Shown: positions 23,671 to 32,249 of the stretch, one piece after another
Layout of the letters: the number at the start of each line of letters is the position of its first letter
Numbering within the stretch: position 1 is the first letter of the stretch
Assembly: GCA_041304225.1 (NCBI GenBank)
Contig: JBFYNT010000029.1
Coordinates: 1-43,937, forward strand
Direction: 5' to 3'
From: Candidatus Aminicenantes bacterium
GTDB taxonomy: Bacteria > Acidobacteriota > Aminicenantia > Aminicenantales > Saccharicenantaceae
DNA length: 43,937 bases
The notes under the pieces: generated by a model
Databases searched by the model: none
Told to the model about the DNA's origin: nothing
Seen by the model: only the letters and a program-made list of their open reading frames with translations
Made by a program: the position numbers and the translations under genes

Positions 23671-26412
23671 TTAATGGATGACGACGGGGGTCGGCCCGAC
23701 GGTCCAGCCCTGGCGGTAGCGGATGACCGCTTTTTTTGTGATCTTCTTGCCCGCCGCCTCGAGCGTCACCGTGTACACGCCGGGCTCGACCAGGCGCCCG
23801 CCGCCCCAGCCTTCGGGCCTCTGCCCGCCCGCGGCCGGCCGCTGGGCCCGCATTCCCCAGGAAACGGTGTTGAGCCCCGCCTCGCCCTTGCCCGTGAGCT
23901 CGGCCAGCACGGCGCCCGAAGCGTCGGCCACGCTGACCTTGACCGACCCGGCCGCCTTGGCCTTGAGCCAGTAATTGACGACCACCGCGTTCGGCTCGTT
24001 CGGCGTGAACAGGTGGCTGTCGCCCAGGAGCTGATAATTGCCCAGGGCGTAAGTGATCCTCTGCGTCTCCGGCTCGATGTCGAACAGGTGGACGTCCTCG
24101 GCGATCGTCGCCGCCGTCATCTCCTGGAGCGGCGTGACGTCGACGACGTAGGCCCCCCGCCCGTAGGTCGCCACGACCAGATCGTTCTCGCGCGGATGGA
24201 TGACCAGGTCCGTGATCTTGACCGAAGGCATGCCGGCCCTGAACGGCAGCCAGCTCCTCCCTCCGTCGAGCGTGACGTAGACGCCCCACTCCGTCCCGAC
24301 GAACAGCAGGTCCGGGTTCTTCCGGTCCTGGACGACCACGTTGATGGGCCTGCCGTCCGGCAGGTCGCCGGCGATCGACGTCCAGGTCTCGCCGTAGTCG
24401 GTCGTCCTGTGGAGGGACGGCCGGTAATCATCCAGGCGCCAGCCCGTCTTGGCCACGAAGGCCGTGCCCGCGGCGTGCGGCGACGGGAAGACGCGGCTGG
24501 TCCAGAAATTCGCCGGCCCGCCGGCCGCCGCGAGCTTGGGTGTCCGGTCGAGCCAGGTCGCCCCGCCGTCCTTGGTCACCTGGACCTTGCCGTCGTCCGA
24601 TCCCGCCCAGATGACCCCGGGCTCGACCGGCGACTCGGCCAGCGTGGTGATCGTGCAATAGGAGATATAGCTCTCCCCGTGCTGCTTCGCGTCCTCGTCC
24701 GTCGTCAGGTCGGGGCTGATCTCCTGCCAATGTCCGCCCCGATCGAGCGAGCGGAACACGACCTGGGCCCCGGTGTAGACGATGGCCGGATTGTGCGGCG
24801 AGAGGGCGACGGGCGGCGTCCAATTGAAGCGCAGCGCGTCTTTTCCCTTCTCGCGCCTCGGCGTGATCGTCGTCTGGACGCCCGTCTTCTGGTCGAAGCG
24901 CCACATCGCGCCCATCTCCCGGTTGTTGTAGACCCAGCGCGAGTCGGCCGGATCGACGCAGTTGTACATGCCGTCGCCCTCGCCGACCGTCACCCAGTCG
25001 CTGAGCGTGATCTCGCCGGCCCAGCCGTTCGACGGGCCCTTCCACGAGTCGTGGTCCTGGAGCCCGCCGTAGATGTTGTACGGGTCCTCCATGTCGACGC
25101 CGACGGCGTACCACTCGGTCAGCGGCAGGTTGTAGGCGTGGTGGCTCGTCCGGCCGCGGTCGTACGAGATGTTGACGCCGCCGTCGGAGCCGAAGATGAG
25201 CCGCTTCGGGTCGAGGGGATCGATCCACATCGTCCGCCAGTCGCCGAAGGCCCGGGGCATGACCCCGTCGGACGGCCAGCCGAGCCCCTTCCAGGTCTTC
25301 CCGCCGTCGTTCGTCGAAGCCAAGGATTGCCCCGTGATGTAGACGGTCGCCGGATCGGCCGGGTCGACGCGCAGCTGGTTGAAGGAGTAGGGCGCCTTGT
25401 CGAGCGCGGCCTCGTAGCCGGCGTTGACCTTGCGCCAGCTCTTCCCGGCGTCGTCCGAGCGATAGACCTCGTTGCCCATGGTGCGGGGCGCCGGCTCGAC
25501 GCCGCGGCGCTTGTCCTGTTCGAGCTCCTGGGGCGTCGCCGGCCGCGGGTTGACGTTCTCGACGACCGCGTAGAGGACGTTGGGGTCCTTCTGGAAGACG
25601 TCGAGCCCGATGCGGCCGATGCGGCCCGTCGGCAGGCCGCCCGCCAGCCGCGCCCAGGTCCGTCCCCCGTCGGTCGTCTTGTAGATGGCGCTCCCGGGGC
25701 CGCCGAGGCTGTAGGTCCAGGGCCGGCGGACCTTCTCGTAGAGGGCCGCGTAGAGCGTGTCGGGCGCCGATTTGACCAAGGCCAGGTCGACGGCGCCGAT
25801 CCGGTCGTCGACGAAGAGCGTCTTTTTCCAGCTCTTCCCGCCGTCGGTCGTCTTGAAGACGCCCCGCTCGGCGTTCTCGGAGAACAGATGGCCCATGGCC
25901 GCGACGTAGACGACGTCGGGGTCCGTCGGGTGGATGACGACCCGGGCGATATGGTGCGAATCCGTGAGGCCCATGTTCGTCCAGGTCTTCCCGGCGTCGA
26001 CCGACTTCCAGACGCCGTCGCCGGAGTTCGAGCTCCGGGCGCAGTGGGGCTCGCCGGTGCCAGCCCAAACGATATTGGCGTCGGACGAGGCCACGGCGAC
26101 GTCGCCGATCGAAAGCTTTGTCTGGGCGTCGAAGACGGGCTCGAACGTCGTGCCGTTATTGACCGTCTTCCAGACGCCGCCGTTCCGCGTCCCGACGTAG
26201 AGCGTGTAGAGGTGGTCGCGAGCCGGAGCGTCCGGCACGGCGAACGACGTCACCCAGGACCCGGCCCGGTAGGGGCCGAGGGCCCGGGCGTTAAAGCCCT
26301 TGAGCAGGTCCACGCCGGATCGAGGCGCGGCTTGCTGGGCGGGACCGGCGGTAGCCAGGATCATAAGAAGGACGGCGGCCGAGGCGATCGAGCGGGCGGT
26401 CGAGCGGTTCAT
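23671..26412 (-). CDS. secreted BNR/Asp-box repeat double beta-propeller protein (sortilin-VPS10 / GH74-like) with C-terminal Ig-like domain
   Basis: 913 aa with a signal peptide. Multiple Asp-box motifs are present (TTDGGKSW, TTDGGRTW, SDDAGKSW, STNDGGKTW, TKDGGATW, TLDGGRSW). The C-terminal ~90 aa are FlgD-Ig-like (GVYTVTLEAAGKKITKKAVI). Confidence 0.7.
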   Translation of the reverse strand: MNRSTARSIASAAVLLMILATAGPAQQAAPRSGVDLLKGFNARALGPYRAGSWVTSFAVPDAPARDHLYTLYVGTRNGGVWKTVNNGTTFEPVFDAQTKLSIGDVAVASSDANIVWAGTGEPHCARSSNSGDGVWKSVDAGKTWTNMGLTDSHHIARVVIHPTDPDVVYVAAMGHLFSENAERGVFKTTDGGKSWKKTLFVDDRIGAVDLALVKSAPDTLYAALYEKVRRPWTYSLGGPGSAIYKTTDGGRTWARLAGGLPTGRIGRIGLDVFQKDPNVLYAVVENVNPRPATPQELEQDKRRGVEPAPRTMGNEVYRSDDAGKSWRKVNAGYEAALDKAPYSFNQLRVDPADPATVYITGQSLASTNDGGKTWKGLGWPSDGVMPRAFGDWRTMWIDPLDPKRLIFGSDGGVNISYDRGRTSHHAYNLPLTEWYAVGVDMEDPYNIYGGLQDHDSWKGPSNGWAGEITLSDWVTVGEGDGMYNCVDPADSRWVYNNREMGAMWRFDQKTGVQTTITPRREKGKDALRFNWTPPVALSPHNPAIVYTGAQVVFRSLDRGGHWQEISPDLTTDEDAKQHGESYISYCTITTLAESPVEPGVIWAGSDDGKVQVTKDGGATWLDRTPKLAAAGGPANFWTSRVFPSPHAAGTAFVAKTGWRLDDYRPSLHRTTDYGETWTSIAGDLPDGRPINVVVQDRKNPDLLFVGTEWGVYVTLDGGRSWLPFRAGMPSVKITDLVIHPRENDLVVATYGRGAYVVDVTPLQEMTAATIAEDVHLFDIEPETQRITYALGNYQLLGDSHLFTPNEPNAVVVNYWLKAKAAGSVKVSVADASGAVLAELTGKGEAGLNTVSWGMRAQRPAAGGQRPEGWGGGRLVEPGVYTVTLEAAGKKITKKAVIRYRQGWTVGPTPVVIH

Positions 26413-26561
26413 CGTCTATCCTCCCGGAAGTGGAGTGGACGGCTGATACATTATATTTCAGCTTGCAACTCGAAGGAAGAGGTCTTCGCGGACGGGGATG
26501 ACCCGGGACAGGCCCCATCGACGGACAAGTCGCGTTGCGGGCCGGGAAGGCCCCGGTACGG

Positions 26562-26589
26562 TTGCTCCGGATGCGCCCCTGAGTATAAT
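26562..26589 (+). promoter_or_regulatory. sigma70-like promoter TTGCTC-16-TATAAT positioned for a leaderless araB transcript
   Basis: TTGCTC at 26562-26567 and TATAAT at 26584-26589. The araB ATG at 26596 is the 7th nt after the -10 box, and there is no SD in between. Confidence 0.5.
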
Positions 26590-26595
26590 AAGGCC

Positions 26596-28293
26596 ATGAC
26601 GAATCCCAAGTACGCCCTCGGCCTCGATTTCGGCACCAATTCCGTCCGGGCCCTCATCGTGGACGTCGGCACCGGGGACGAGGTCGGGACGGCCATTTTC
26701 AACTACCCGAGCGGCGCGGCCGGCATCCTTCTCGATCCCAGGGACGCCAATCTGGCCCGCCAGAATCCGGCCGATTGGATCCTCGGCATCGAGAAGGTCG
26801 TGCCCGCGGCCCTGGCCGAGGCCACAAAGAAGCGCAAGGGTTTCAACCCCGCCTCCGTCGTCGGCATCGGCGTCGACACCACCGGTTCGACCCCCCTGCC
26901 CGTCGACCGGGCCGGCAAGCCCCTGGCCCTCTACAAAGAGTTCAAGAAGAACCTCAACGCCCAGGCCTGGCTGTGGAAAGACCACACCGGGCACGCCGAG
27001 GCCGCGGCGATCACGGCCCTGGCCGCCGCCGAGCACCCCGAATACCTGGCCAAGTGCGGCGGGACCTATTCCTCCGAGTGGTTCTGGAGCAAGATCCTCC
27101 ACTGCCTGCGAACGGACCCCAAGGTCGCCTCGGCCGCCTATTCGTGGGTCGAGTGCGCCGACTACATCCCCGGCCTCCTCACCGGCGTCGCCGACCCCCT
27201 GAAGTTGAAGAGGAGCCGCTGCGCGGCCGGCCACAAGGCCATGTGGAACGACCGCTGGGGCGGCCTCCCGGCCAAGGCCTTCCTCTCGAAGCTCGACCCT
27301 CGTCTGGGCGAGCTCCGCGACCGCCTCTATGCCAAAACCTACACCTCCGACATCCCCGCCGGCGGCCTGACGAAGGAATGGGCGAAGAAGCTCGGCCTGC
27401 GTCCCGGCCTGGCCGTCGCCGTCGGCTCCTTCGACGCCCACCTCGGCGGCGTCGGCTCGGGTGTCGAGACCGGCCGCTTCGTCAAGATCATCGGCACCAG
27501 CACCTGCGACATCTGCGTCTGGCCGGCCGCGAAGAAGCTTCCCGACGTCCCCGGACTCTGCGGCATCGTGGACGGCTCGGTCCTGCCCGGCTACCTCGGC
27601 CTCGAGGCCGGACAGTCCGCCGTCGGCGACATCTTCAACTGGTTCGTCAACGCCATCGAGCCCGGCGGCCCGAAGAAAGGCTCGCACGCCGCGCTGACCC
27701 GCCGGGCCGCCGCCCTCGAACCCGGCGAGTCGGGCCTCATCGCCCTCGACTGGCACAACGGCAACCGGACCATCCTCGTCGACCAGCGCCTGACCGGTCT
27801 CCTCGTCGGGCTCACGCTCCACACCAAGCCCGAGGAGATCTACCGCGCCCTCATCGAGGCCACGGCCTTCGGCGCCCTGACCATCGTCAGGCGCTTCGAG
27901 GAATACGGCATCGCGATCCGCGACGTCGTCAACTGCGGCGGCATCGCCGAGAAGAACCCCCTGGTCATGCAGATCTACGCCGACGTCACAGGACTGCCGA
28001 TGAAGGTCGCCCGCTCGGCTCAGACCTGCGCCCTGGGCGCGGCCATGGCCGGGGCCGTGGCCGCCGGAGGCAAGAGCGGCGGGCACGCCACCTTCGCCGA
28101 GGCCCAGTCGGCCATGGGCGGCGTCAAGAAGACGGCCTTCATGCCGAACGCCGCGCGCCACAAGGTCTACCTCGAGCTCTATGCCCTGTACCGGGAGCTC
28201 CACGACGCCTTCGGCACCAAGGCCTGGAGCGGCAACCTCCACCACCTCATGAAAGACCTCCTGGCCATCAAAGACCGGCAAAGGAGCCGATAG
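26596..28293 (+). CDS. araB: ribulokinase
   Basis: 565 aa FGGY-family kinase. Long colinear by-eye matches to E. coli AraB: LDFGTNSVRAL, YSSEWFWSKILH, RCAAGHKAMWNDRWGGLP, VKIIGTSTCDI, GLEAGQSAVGDIF. The real start is internal to the chimeric 1544-aa track ORF. Confidence 0.9.
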   Translation: MTNPKYALGLDFGTNSVRALIVDVGTGDEVGTAIFNYPSGAAGILLDPRDANLARQNPADWILGIEKVVPAALAEATKKRKGFNPASVVGIGVDTTGSTPLPVDRAGKPLALYKEFKKNLNAQAWLWKDHTGHAEAAAITALAAAEHPEYLAKCGGTYSSEWFWSKILHCLRTDPKVASAAYSWVECADYIPGLLTGVADPLKLKRSRCAAGHKAMWNDRWGGLPAKAFLSKLDPRLGELRDRLYAKTYTSDIPAGGLTKEWAKKLGLRPGLAVAVGSFDAHLGGVGSGVETGRFVKIIGTSTCDICVWPAAKKLPDVPGLCGIVDGSVLPGYLGLEAGQSAVGDIFNWFVNAIEPGGPKKGSHAALTRRAAALEPGESGLIALDWHNGNRTILVDQRLTGLLVGLTLHTKPEEIYRALIEATAFGALTIVRRFEEYGIAIRDVVNCGGIAEKNPLVMQIYADVTGLPMKVARSAQTCALGAAMAGAVAAGGKSGGHATFAEAQSAMGGVKKTAFMPNAARHKVYLELYALYRELHDAFGTKAWSGNLHHLMKDLLAIKDRQRSR

Positions 28294-28295
28294 CC

Positions 28296-29003
28296 ATGCT
28301 CACCGAGCTCAAGGAGGCCGTCTACAAGGCCAACCTGGACCTGGCCAAGTCCGGGCTGATCATCCTGACCTTCGGCAACGTCAGCGGCATCGACCGCCGC
28401 CGCGGCATCGTGGCCATCAAGCCGAGCGGCGTCGCCTACGACGCCCTGAAGGCCGACGACATCGTGCTCGTCGATCTGGAGGGCAACGTCGTCGAGGGTT
28501 GGCTGAACCCGTCCTCGGACACGCCGACCCACGTCGAGCTCTACAAAGCCTTCCCGGACGTGGGCGGCGTCGCCCACGCCCACAGCCCCTACGCGACGAT
28601 GTTCGCCCAGGCCCGCCGCGAGATCCCCTGCCTCGGCACGACCCACGCCGACCATTTCCACGGCTCCGTCCCCCTGACCCGCCTCCTGCGCGAGGCTGAG
28701 GTCGCGGCCGACTACGAGAAGAACACCGGCAAGGTCGTCGTCGAGCGCTTCAAGGGCCTCGACCCGCTCGAGATCCCAGCCGTCCTCGTCGCCGGGCACG
28801 GGCCGTTCACCTGGGGCAAGACGCCGAACGAGGCCGTCGAGACCGCTCTCGTCCTCGAGCTGGTGGCCCGGACGGCCTTCGGCTCGAAGATCCTCGATCC
28901 CCGTCTCACGCCTCTCGATCGGGCCGTCCAGGAAAAACACTTCCGCAGGAAGCACGGCCCCGACGCCTATTATGGTCAGAAAAAGGAGAAGGACCATGAC
29001 TAA
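28296..29003 (+). CDS. araD: L-ribulose-5-phosphate 4-epimerase
   Basis: 235 aa with SD AAGGAG 9 nt upstream. Near-colinear match to E. coli AraD: TFGNVSGIDRRRGIVAIKPSGV, PSSDTPTHVELY, GTTHADHFHG, GHGPFTWGK, KHFRRKHGPDAYYGQ. Confidence 0.9.
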   Translation: MLTELKEAVYKANLDLAKSGLIILTFGNVSGIDRRRGIVAIKPSGVAYDALKADDIVLVDLEGNVVEGWLNPSSDTPTHVELYKAFPDVGGVAHAHSPYATMFAQARREIPCLGTTHADHFHGSVPLTRLLREAEVAADYEKNTGKVVVERFKGLDPLEIPAVLVAGHGPFTWGKTPNEAVETALVLELVARTAFGSKILDPRLTPLDRAVQEKHFRRKHGPDAYYGQKKEKDHD

Positions 29004-30474
29004 CCTGCCCAAGGTCCGGCTCGGCCTGGTCGCCGTCAGCCGCGACTGTTTCCCGATCGAGCTGTCGCGCAAGCGCTCGCTCCGGGTCGCCGAGGAATGC
29101 CGCAAGGCCGGCGTTCCGGTCACCCGGATCCCGACCGTCGTCGAGAACGAGAAGGACGCCCTGAAGGCCCTCGACGAGCTGCGTGAGAAGAAGGTCAACG
29201 CCCTGGTCATCTATTTGGGCAATTTCGGCCCCGAAACCCCGGCCACGATCCTGGCCCAGAAGTTCGACGGCCCGGTCATGGTCGCCGCCGCGGCCGAGGA
29301 ATCCGGCAAGGACCTCGTCGACGGCCGCGGCGATGCCTACTGCGGCATGCTCAACAACTCCTACAACATGGGCCTGCGCAAGCTCCGCCCGCACGTCCCC
29401 GAGTACCCCGTGGGCACGGCCGACGAGGTGGCCCGGATGATCGCCGAATTCGTGCCCGTCGCCCTGGTCCTGCTGGGCCTCGCGAAGCTCAAGATCTTCG
29501 CCTTCGGGCCGCGGCCGCAGGACTTCCTGGCCTGCAACGCGCCGATCAAGCCCCTGTACGACCTCGGCGTCGAGATCATGGAGAACAGCGAGCTCGACCT
29601 CTACGACATCTTCCGCAAGGCCGATGGCGATCCCAAGGTCAAGGCGGTCGCCGCCGACATGGCCAAAGAACTGGGAGCCGGCAACGCTTACCCCGACATC
29701 CTCAACCGGTTGGCCCAGTTCGAGGTGGCCCTGCTCAAGTTCATGGAGGCCAACCTGGGAGCCTCGCGATACGCCGCCTTCGCCGACAAGTGCTGGCCGG
29801 CCTTCGAGAGCTATTTCGGCTTCGTCCCCTGCTACGTCAACTCGCGCCTGGCCGCGCGCGGCATTCCGGTCGCCTGCGAGGTCGACATCTACGGCGCCCT
29901 GAGCGAGTATATCTGCGGCTGCGCCACCGAGCTGCCGACGACCATCCTGGACATCAACAACACCGTCCCCAACGATATGATCGCCGGGGCCAAGAAGGCC
30001 CTCAAGGGCTACAAGCCGACGGACCTGTTCATGGGTTTCCACTGCGGCAACACGCCGGCGCCCTGCATGCTCGACCCGGTCCTGCGCTACCAGCTCATCA
30101 TGCACCGCCTGATGGAGCCAGGGAAGGACCCGAACGTCACCCGCGGCACGCTGGAAGGGCGCATCCGGACGGGGGGCGTCACGATCTTCCGCCTTCAATC
30201 GACCGCCGACACCGTCCTGCGGTCCTACATCGCCGAGGGCGAGGTGCTCGACGTCGATCCGAAGTCTTTCGGCGGGATCGGCGTCATCGGCATCAAGGAG
30301 ATGGGCCGGTTCTATCGGCACGTCCTCATCGAGAAGCGCTTCCCCCACCACACGGCCGTGGCCTTCGCCCCGGCGGGGCGAACGCTCTGGGCGGTCCTGC
30401 GGATGCTCGGCGTCGACGATATCGGCTACAACCGGCCCGCCGGCCTGCCCTATCCGACAGAGAATCCGTTCTAA
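28996..30474 (+). CDS. L-fucose isomerase-family sugar isomerase (candidate non-canonical L-arabinose isomerase)
   Basis: 492 aa from MTNLPKVRLGLVAVSRDCFP, with SD AAAAGGAGAAGG and an 8-nt overlap with the araD end. FucI-family features include the N-terminal Rossmann-like LGNFGPE module and a C-terminal FHCGN..P region. It lacks the canonical AraA N-terminus (FWFVTGSQHLYG). Confidence 0.65.
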   Translation: MTNLPKVRLGLVAVSRDCFPIELSRKRSLRVAEECRKAGVPVTRIPTVVENEKDALKALDELREKKVNALVIYLGNFGPETPATILAQKFDGPVMVAAAAEESGKDLVDGRGDAYCGMLNNSYNMGLRKLRPHVPEYPVGTADEVARMIAEFVPVALVLLGLAKLKIFAFGPRPQDFLACNAPIKPLYDLGVEIMENSELDLYDIFRKADGDPKVKAVAADMAKELGAGNAYPDILNRLAQFEVALLKFMEANLGASRYAAFADKCWPAFESYFGFVPCYVNSRLAARGIPVACEVDIYGALSEYICGCATELPTTILDINNTVPNDMIAGAKKALKGYKPTDLFMGFHCGNTPAPCMLDPVLRYQLIMHRLMEPGKDPNVTRGTLEGRIRTGGVTIFRLQSTADTVLRSYIAEGEVLDVDPKSFGGIGVIGIKEMGRFYRHVLIEKRFPHHTAVAFAPAGRTLWAVLRMLGVDDIGYNRPAGLPYPTENPF

Positions 30475-30476
30475 TA

Positions 30477-30548
30477 ATGGGGGACATGATCCCTATTTCC
30501 TATTTTCTCTGCAGCCGGAAATAGGGAAACGGGTATCATGTCCCGCAT
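30477..30548. terminator. 72-nt imperfect palindromic repeat element (copies B-left/B-right) forming a long hairpin between convergent genes; bidirectional terminator-like
   Basis: GGGACATGAT CCCTATTTCC (30481-30500) pairs with GGAAATAGGG (30517-30526) and ATCATGTCCC (30535-30544). The loop is 16 nt and there is an 8-nt bulge. It sits between the isomerase stop (30474) and the M28 stop (30552). Confidence 0.6.
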
Positions 30549-30551
30549 CTG

Positions 30552-32126
30552 TTAATTGCGGCCCCGCGTCGGCGCCGGCGCGTTGGCGTCGAAATACTTC
30601 CGCGGCAGCTTCTCGTCGCGCATGGCCGCGTTGTAAACGAACCAGGCCATGACCGTGGCCGCCTGCATCAGGTCCCCCCGCGAGAGGTGGTCGTAGACGT
30701 CCATGTTCGAATGGTGGGTCAGCGTGTCGTATTCGAGGTCGTCCTGGATGAACTGGAAGCCGGGCAGGCCGACGCCGTCGAACGGCAAGTGGTCCGTGCC
30801 GCCCGTGTTCCGCAGGGTCACGGTCCCGGCGCCGAGGTCGCGCACGGGCTCGAGCCAGGCCTCGAAGATGGGCGCGACGGCGCTGTTGTTCTGGGCGTAT
30901 ATGCCGCGGATCTTGCCGCTGCCGTTGTCGAAGTTGAAGTAGGCCGAGAGCAGGCCGTACTCCGGCTTCTTTTCTTTCTTCGTCCGGTCGTAGAAATGAT
31001 TGGCGACATAGCCGCGCGAGCCGACGAAGCCCTGCTCCTCGGCGTCCCACAGGGCCATGCGGATCGTGCGCCGGGGCTGGACGCCGAGCGTCTTCAGGAT
31101 GCGCATGGCCTCGAAGGCGACCGCGCTTCCCGCGTTGTTGTCCGTGGCTCCCGTCCCGGCGTGCCAGGTGTCGAAATGGCCGCCGAGCATGACCAGCTCG
31201 GACTTGAGCTTGGGATCGGTACCCGGGATCTCGGCGATGACGTTGGTGCCCGGCAGGTCGTCGGCCGTGAAGCGGGCCTGGACCTCGATCTCGAGCGTCA
31301 CCGGGATGTCCTTCTGCAGGATGCGGACAATGCGGTTGTAGTGCTCGTTCGCGATGGCGATGGCCGGGATGGGCATGTCGGCCCCCTTGGCCCGCGACCC
31401 GCCACTCGAGACGAAGACCGTCCCGAACTTGCCGCGGCCGGGCTCGACGATGACGCCGGCGCCCTCGGTCTTGAGGAACTTGGCGACCATCTGCTGGAGC
31501 TGCTGGCGGGCGACGACGTCCTGTACCTGGGCGCCCATGGGCCGGCGGGCGCCCGGTTCGGGGGCCAGCATGAGCTTATCCAGGTCGGTCTCGAGGAGGC
31601 GCGAGGCCATCGGGTCGAACGAGATCGTCATGTCCTGCTCGCCCTGGGTCAGGACGATGGCGTCTTTGAGCTTGCCCTTGTATTTATCCAGGTCCGCCGG
31701 GGTCTTGGGCTGGATGAGGACGGCCTGGCCCTTGAGGACACCGTTCGTGCCGGGAGTCCAGGCCTTCGGATAGCCGATGATGGGCATGTACTGGGGGGCG
31801 GTCATGGCCGCATAATATTTCTGGAGCTCCCAGCTGCGGCCGAACGTGCCGTAGGTCTCCATGGCCGCGTTGGCCAGGCCGAGCTCCTTGGCCTTGCCGA
31901 CGACCCACTCGCCGGCCTGGACGTACTGCGGCGAGGCCGGCAGCCGCGGGGCGTAGATATCACACAGGTAAACCAGAAGATCGGTGATCTTGGAGTTCGA
32001 CAGGCCTTCGGCCCGGATGCGGTCGAGCATCTGGAGGTCGAGCTTCTCCTGGGCGAACGCGCCGAGCGAGAACAGGACGACCAGGAAGGCGATCGCGAGC
32101 GGGCGGAGCAATGGGTGTCTTCTCAT
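30552..32126 (-). CDS. secreted M28-family aminopeptidase
   Basis: 524 aa from MRRHPLLRPLAIAFLVVLFSLGAFA, with SD AAGGAGG. M28 metal-ligand region GGHFDTWHAGTGATDNNAGSAVAFEAMRIL and EEQGFVGS. The rest of the 969-aa track ORF is antisense to the ADH gene. Confidence 0.8.
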   Translation of the reverse strand: MRRHPLLRPLAIAFLVVLFSLGAFAQEKLDLQMLDRIRAEGLSNSKITDLLVYLCDIYAPRLPASPQYVQAGEWVVGKAKELGLANAAMETYGTFGRSWELQKYYAAMTAPQYMPIIGYPKAWTPGTNGVLKGQAVLIQPKTPADLDKYKGKLKDAIVLTQGEQDMTISFDPMASRLLETDLDKLMLAPEPGARRPMGAQVQDVVARQQLQQMVAKFLKTEGAGVIVEPGRGKFGTVFVSSGGSRAKGADMPIPAIAIANEHYNRIVRILQKDIPVTLEIEVQARFTADDLPGTNVIAEIPGTDPKLKSELVMLGGHFDTWHAGTGATDNNAGSAVAFEAMRILKTLGVQPRRTIRMALWDAEEQGFVGSRGYVANHFYDRTKKEKKPEYGLLSAYFNFDNGSGKIRGIYAQNNSAVAPIFEAWLEPVRDLGAGTVTLRNTGGTDHLPFDGVGLPGFQFIQDDLEYDTLTHHSNMDVYDHLSRGDLMQAATVMAWFVYNAAMRDEKLPRKYFDANAPAPTRGRN

Positions 32127-32154
32127 GGGAGCCTCCTTTCGAAGAATCTCCCGG

Positions 32155-32183
32155 ACTATACGCCGCCGCGGCGACCCTGTCAA
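32155..32183 (-). promoter_or_regulatory. sigma70-like promoter TTGACA-17-TATAGT for the M28 peptidase gene
   Basis: On the minus strand, TTGACA is at 32183-32178, followed by a 17-nt spacer and TATAGT at 32160-32155. This is about 29 nt upstream of the ATG at 32126, with the SD in the leader. Confidence 0.6.
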
Positions 32184-32234
32184 AAATATGGCCCGGCGAT
32201 CGCCCCGGCGCTTCCCCATCCGGCCGACCTGTCT

Positions 32235-32240
32235 TATAAT
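32235..32240 (+). promoter_or_regulatory. TATAAT -10 box 9 nt upstream of the ADH start (no convincing -35)
   Basis: The sequence cttATAATgggaggaccATG contains a perfect TATAAT. GGGAGG lies only 3 nt from the ATG, which implies a very short or absent leader. Confidence 0.35.
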
Positions 32241-32249
32241 GGGAGGACC

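Noticed and set aside
23659-26595. First ~980 codons of the 1544-aa plus-strand track ORF
   Set aside because: This part is antisense to the BNR-repeat gene and compositionally nonsense. Only the last 565 codons (araB, from 26596) are real. The ORF is an accidental in-frame fusion.
26458-30351. 607-aa and 481-aa minus-strand ORFs, and the 742-aa plus-strand alternative-frame ORF (26775-29003, 5' part), over araB/araD/isomerase
   Set aside because: They are shadow or out-of-frame ORFs. araB, araD and the isomerase give long colinear matches to known enzymes in their own frames. Only the last 235 codons of 26775-29003 (araD) are real.
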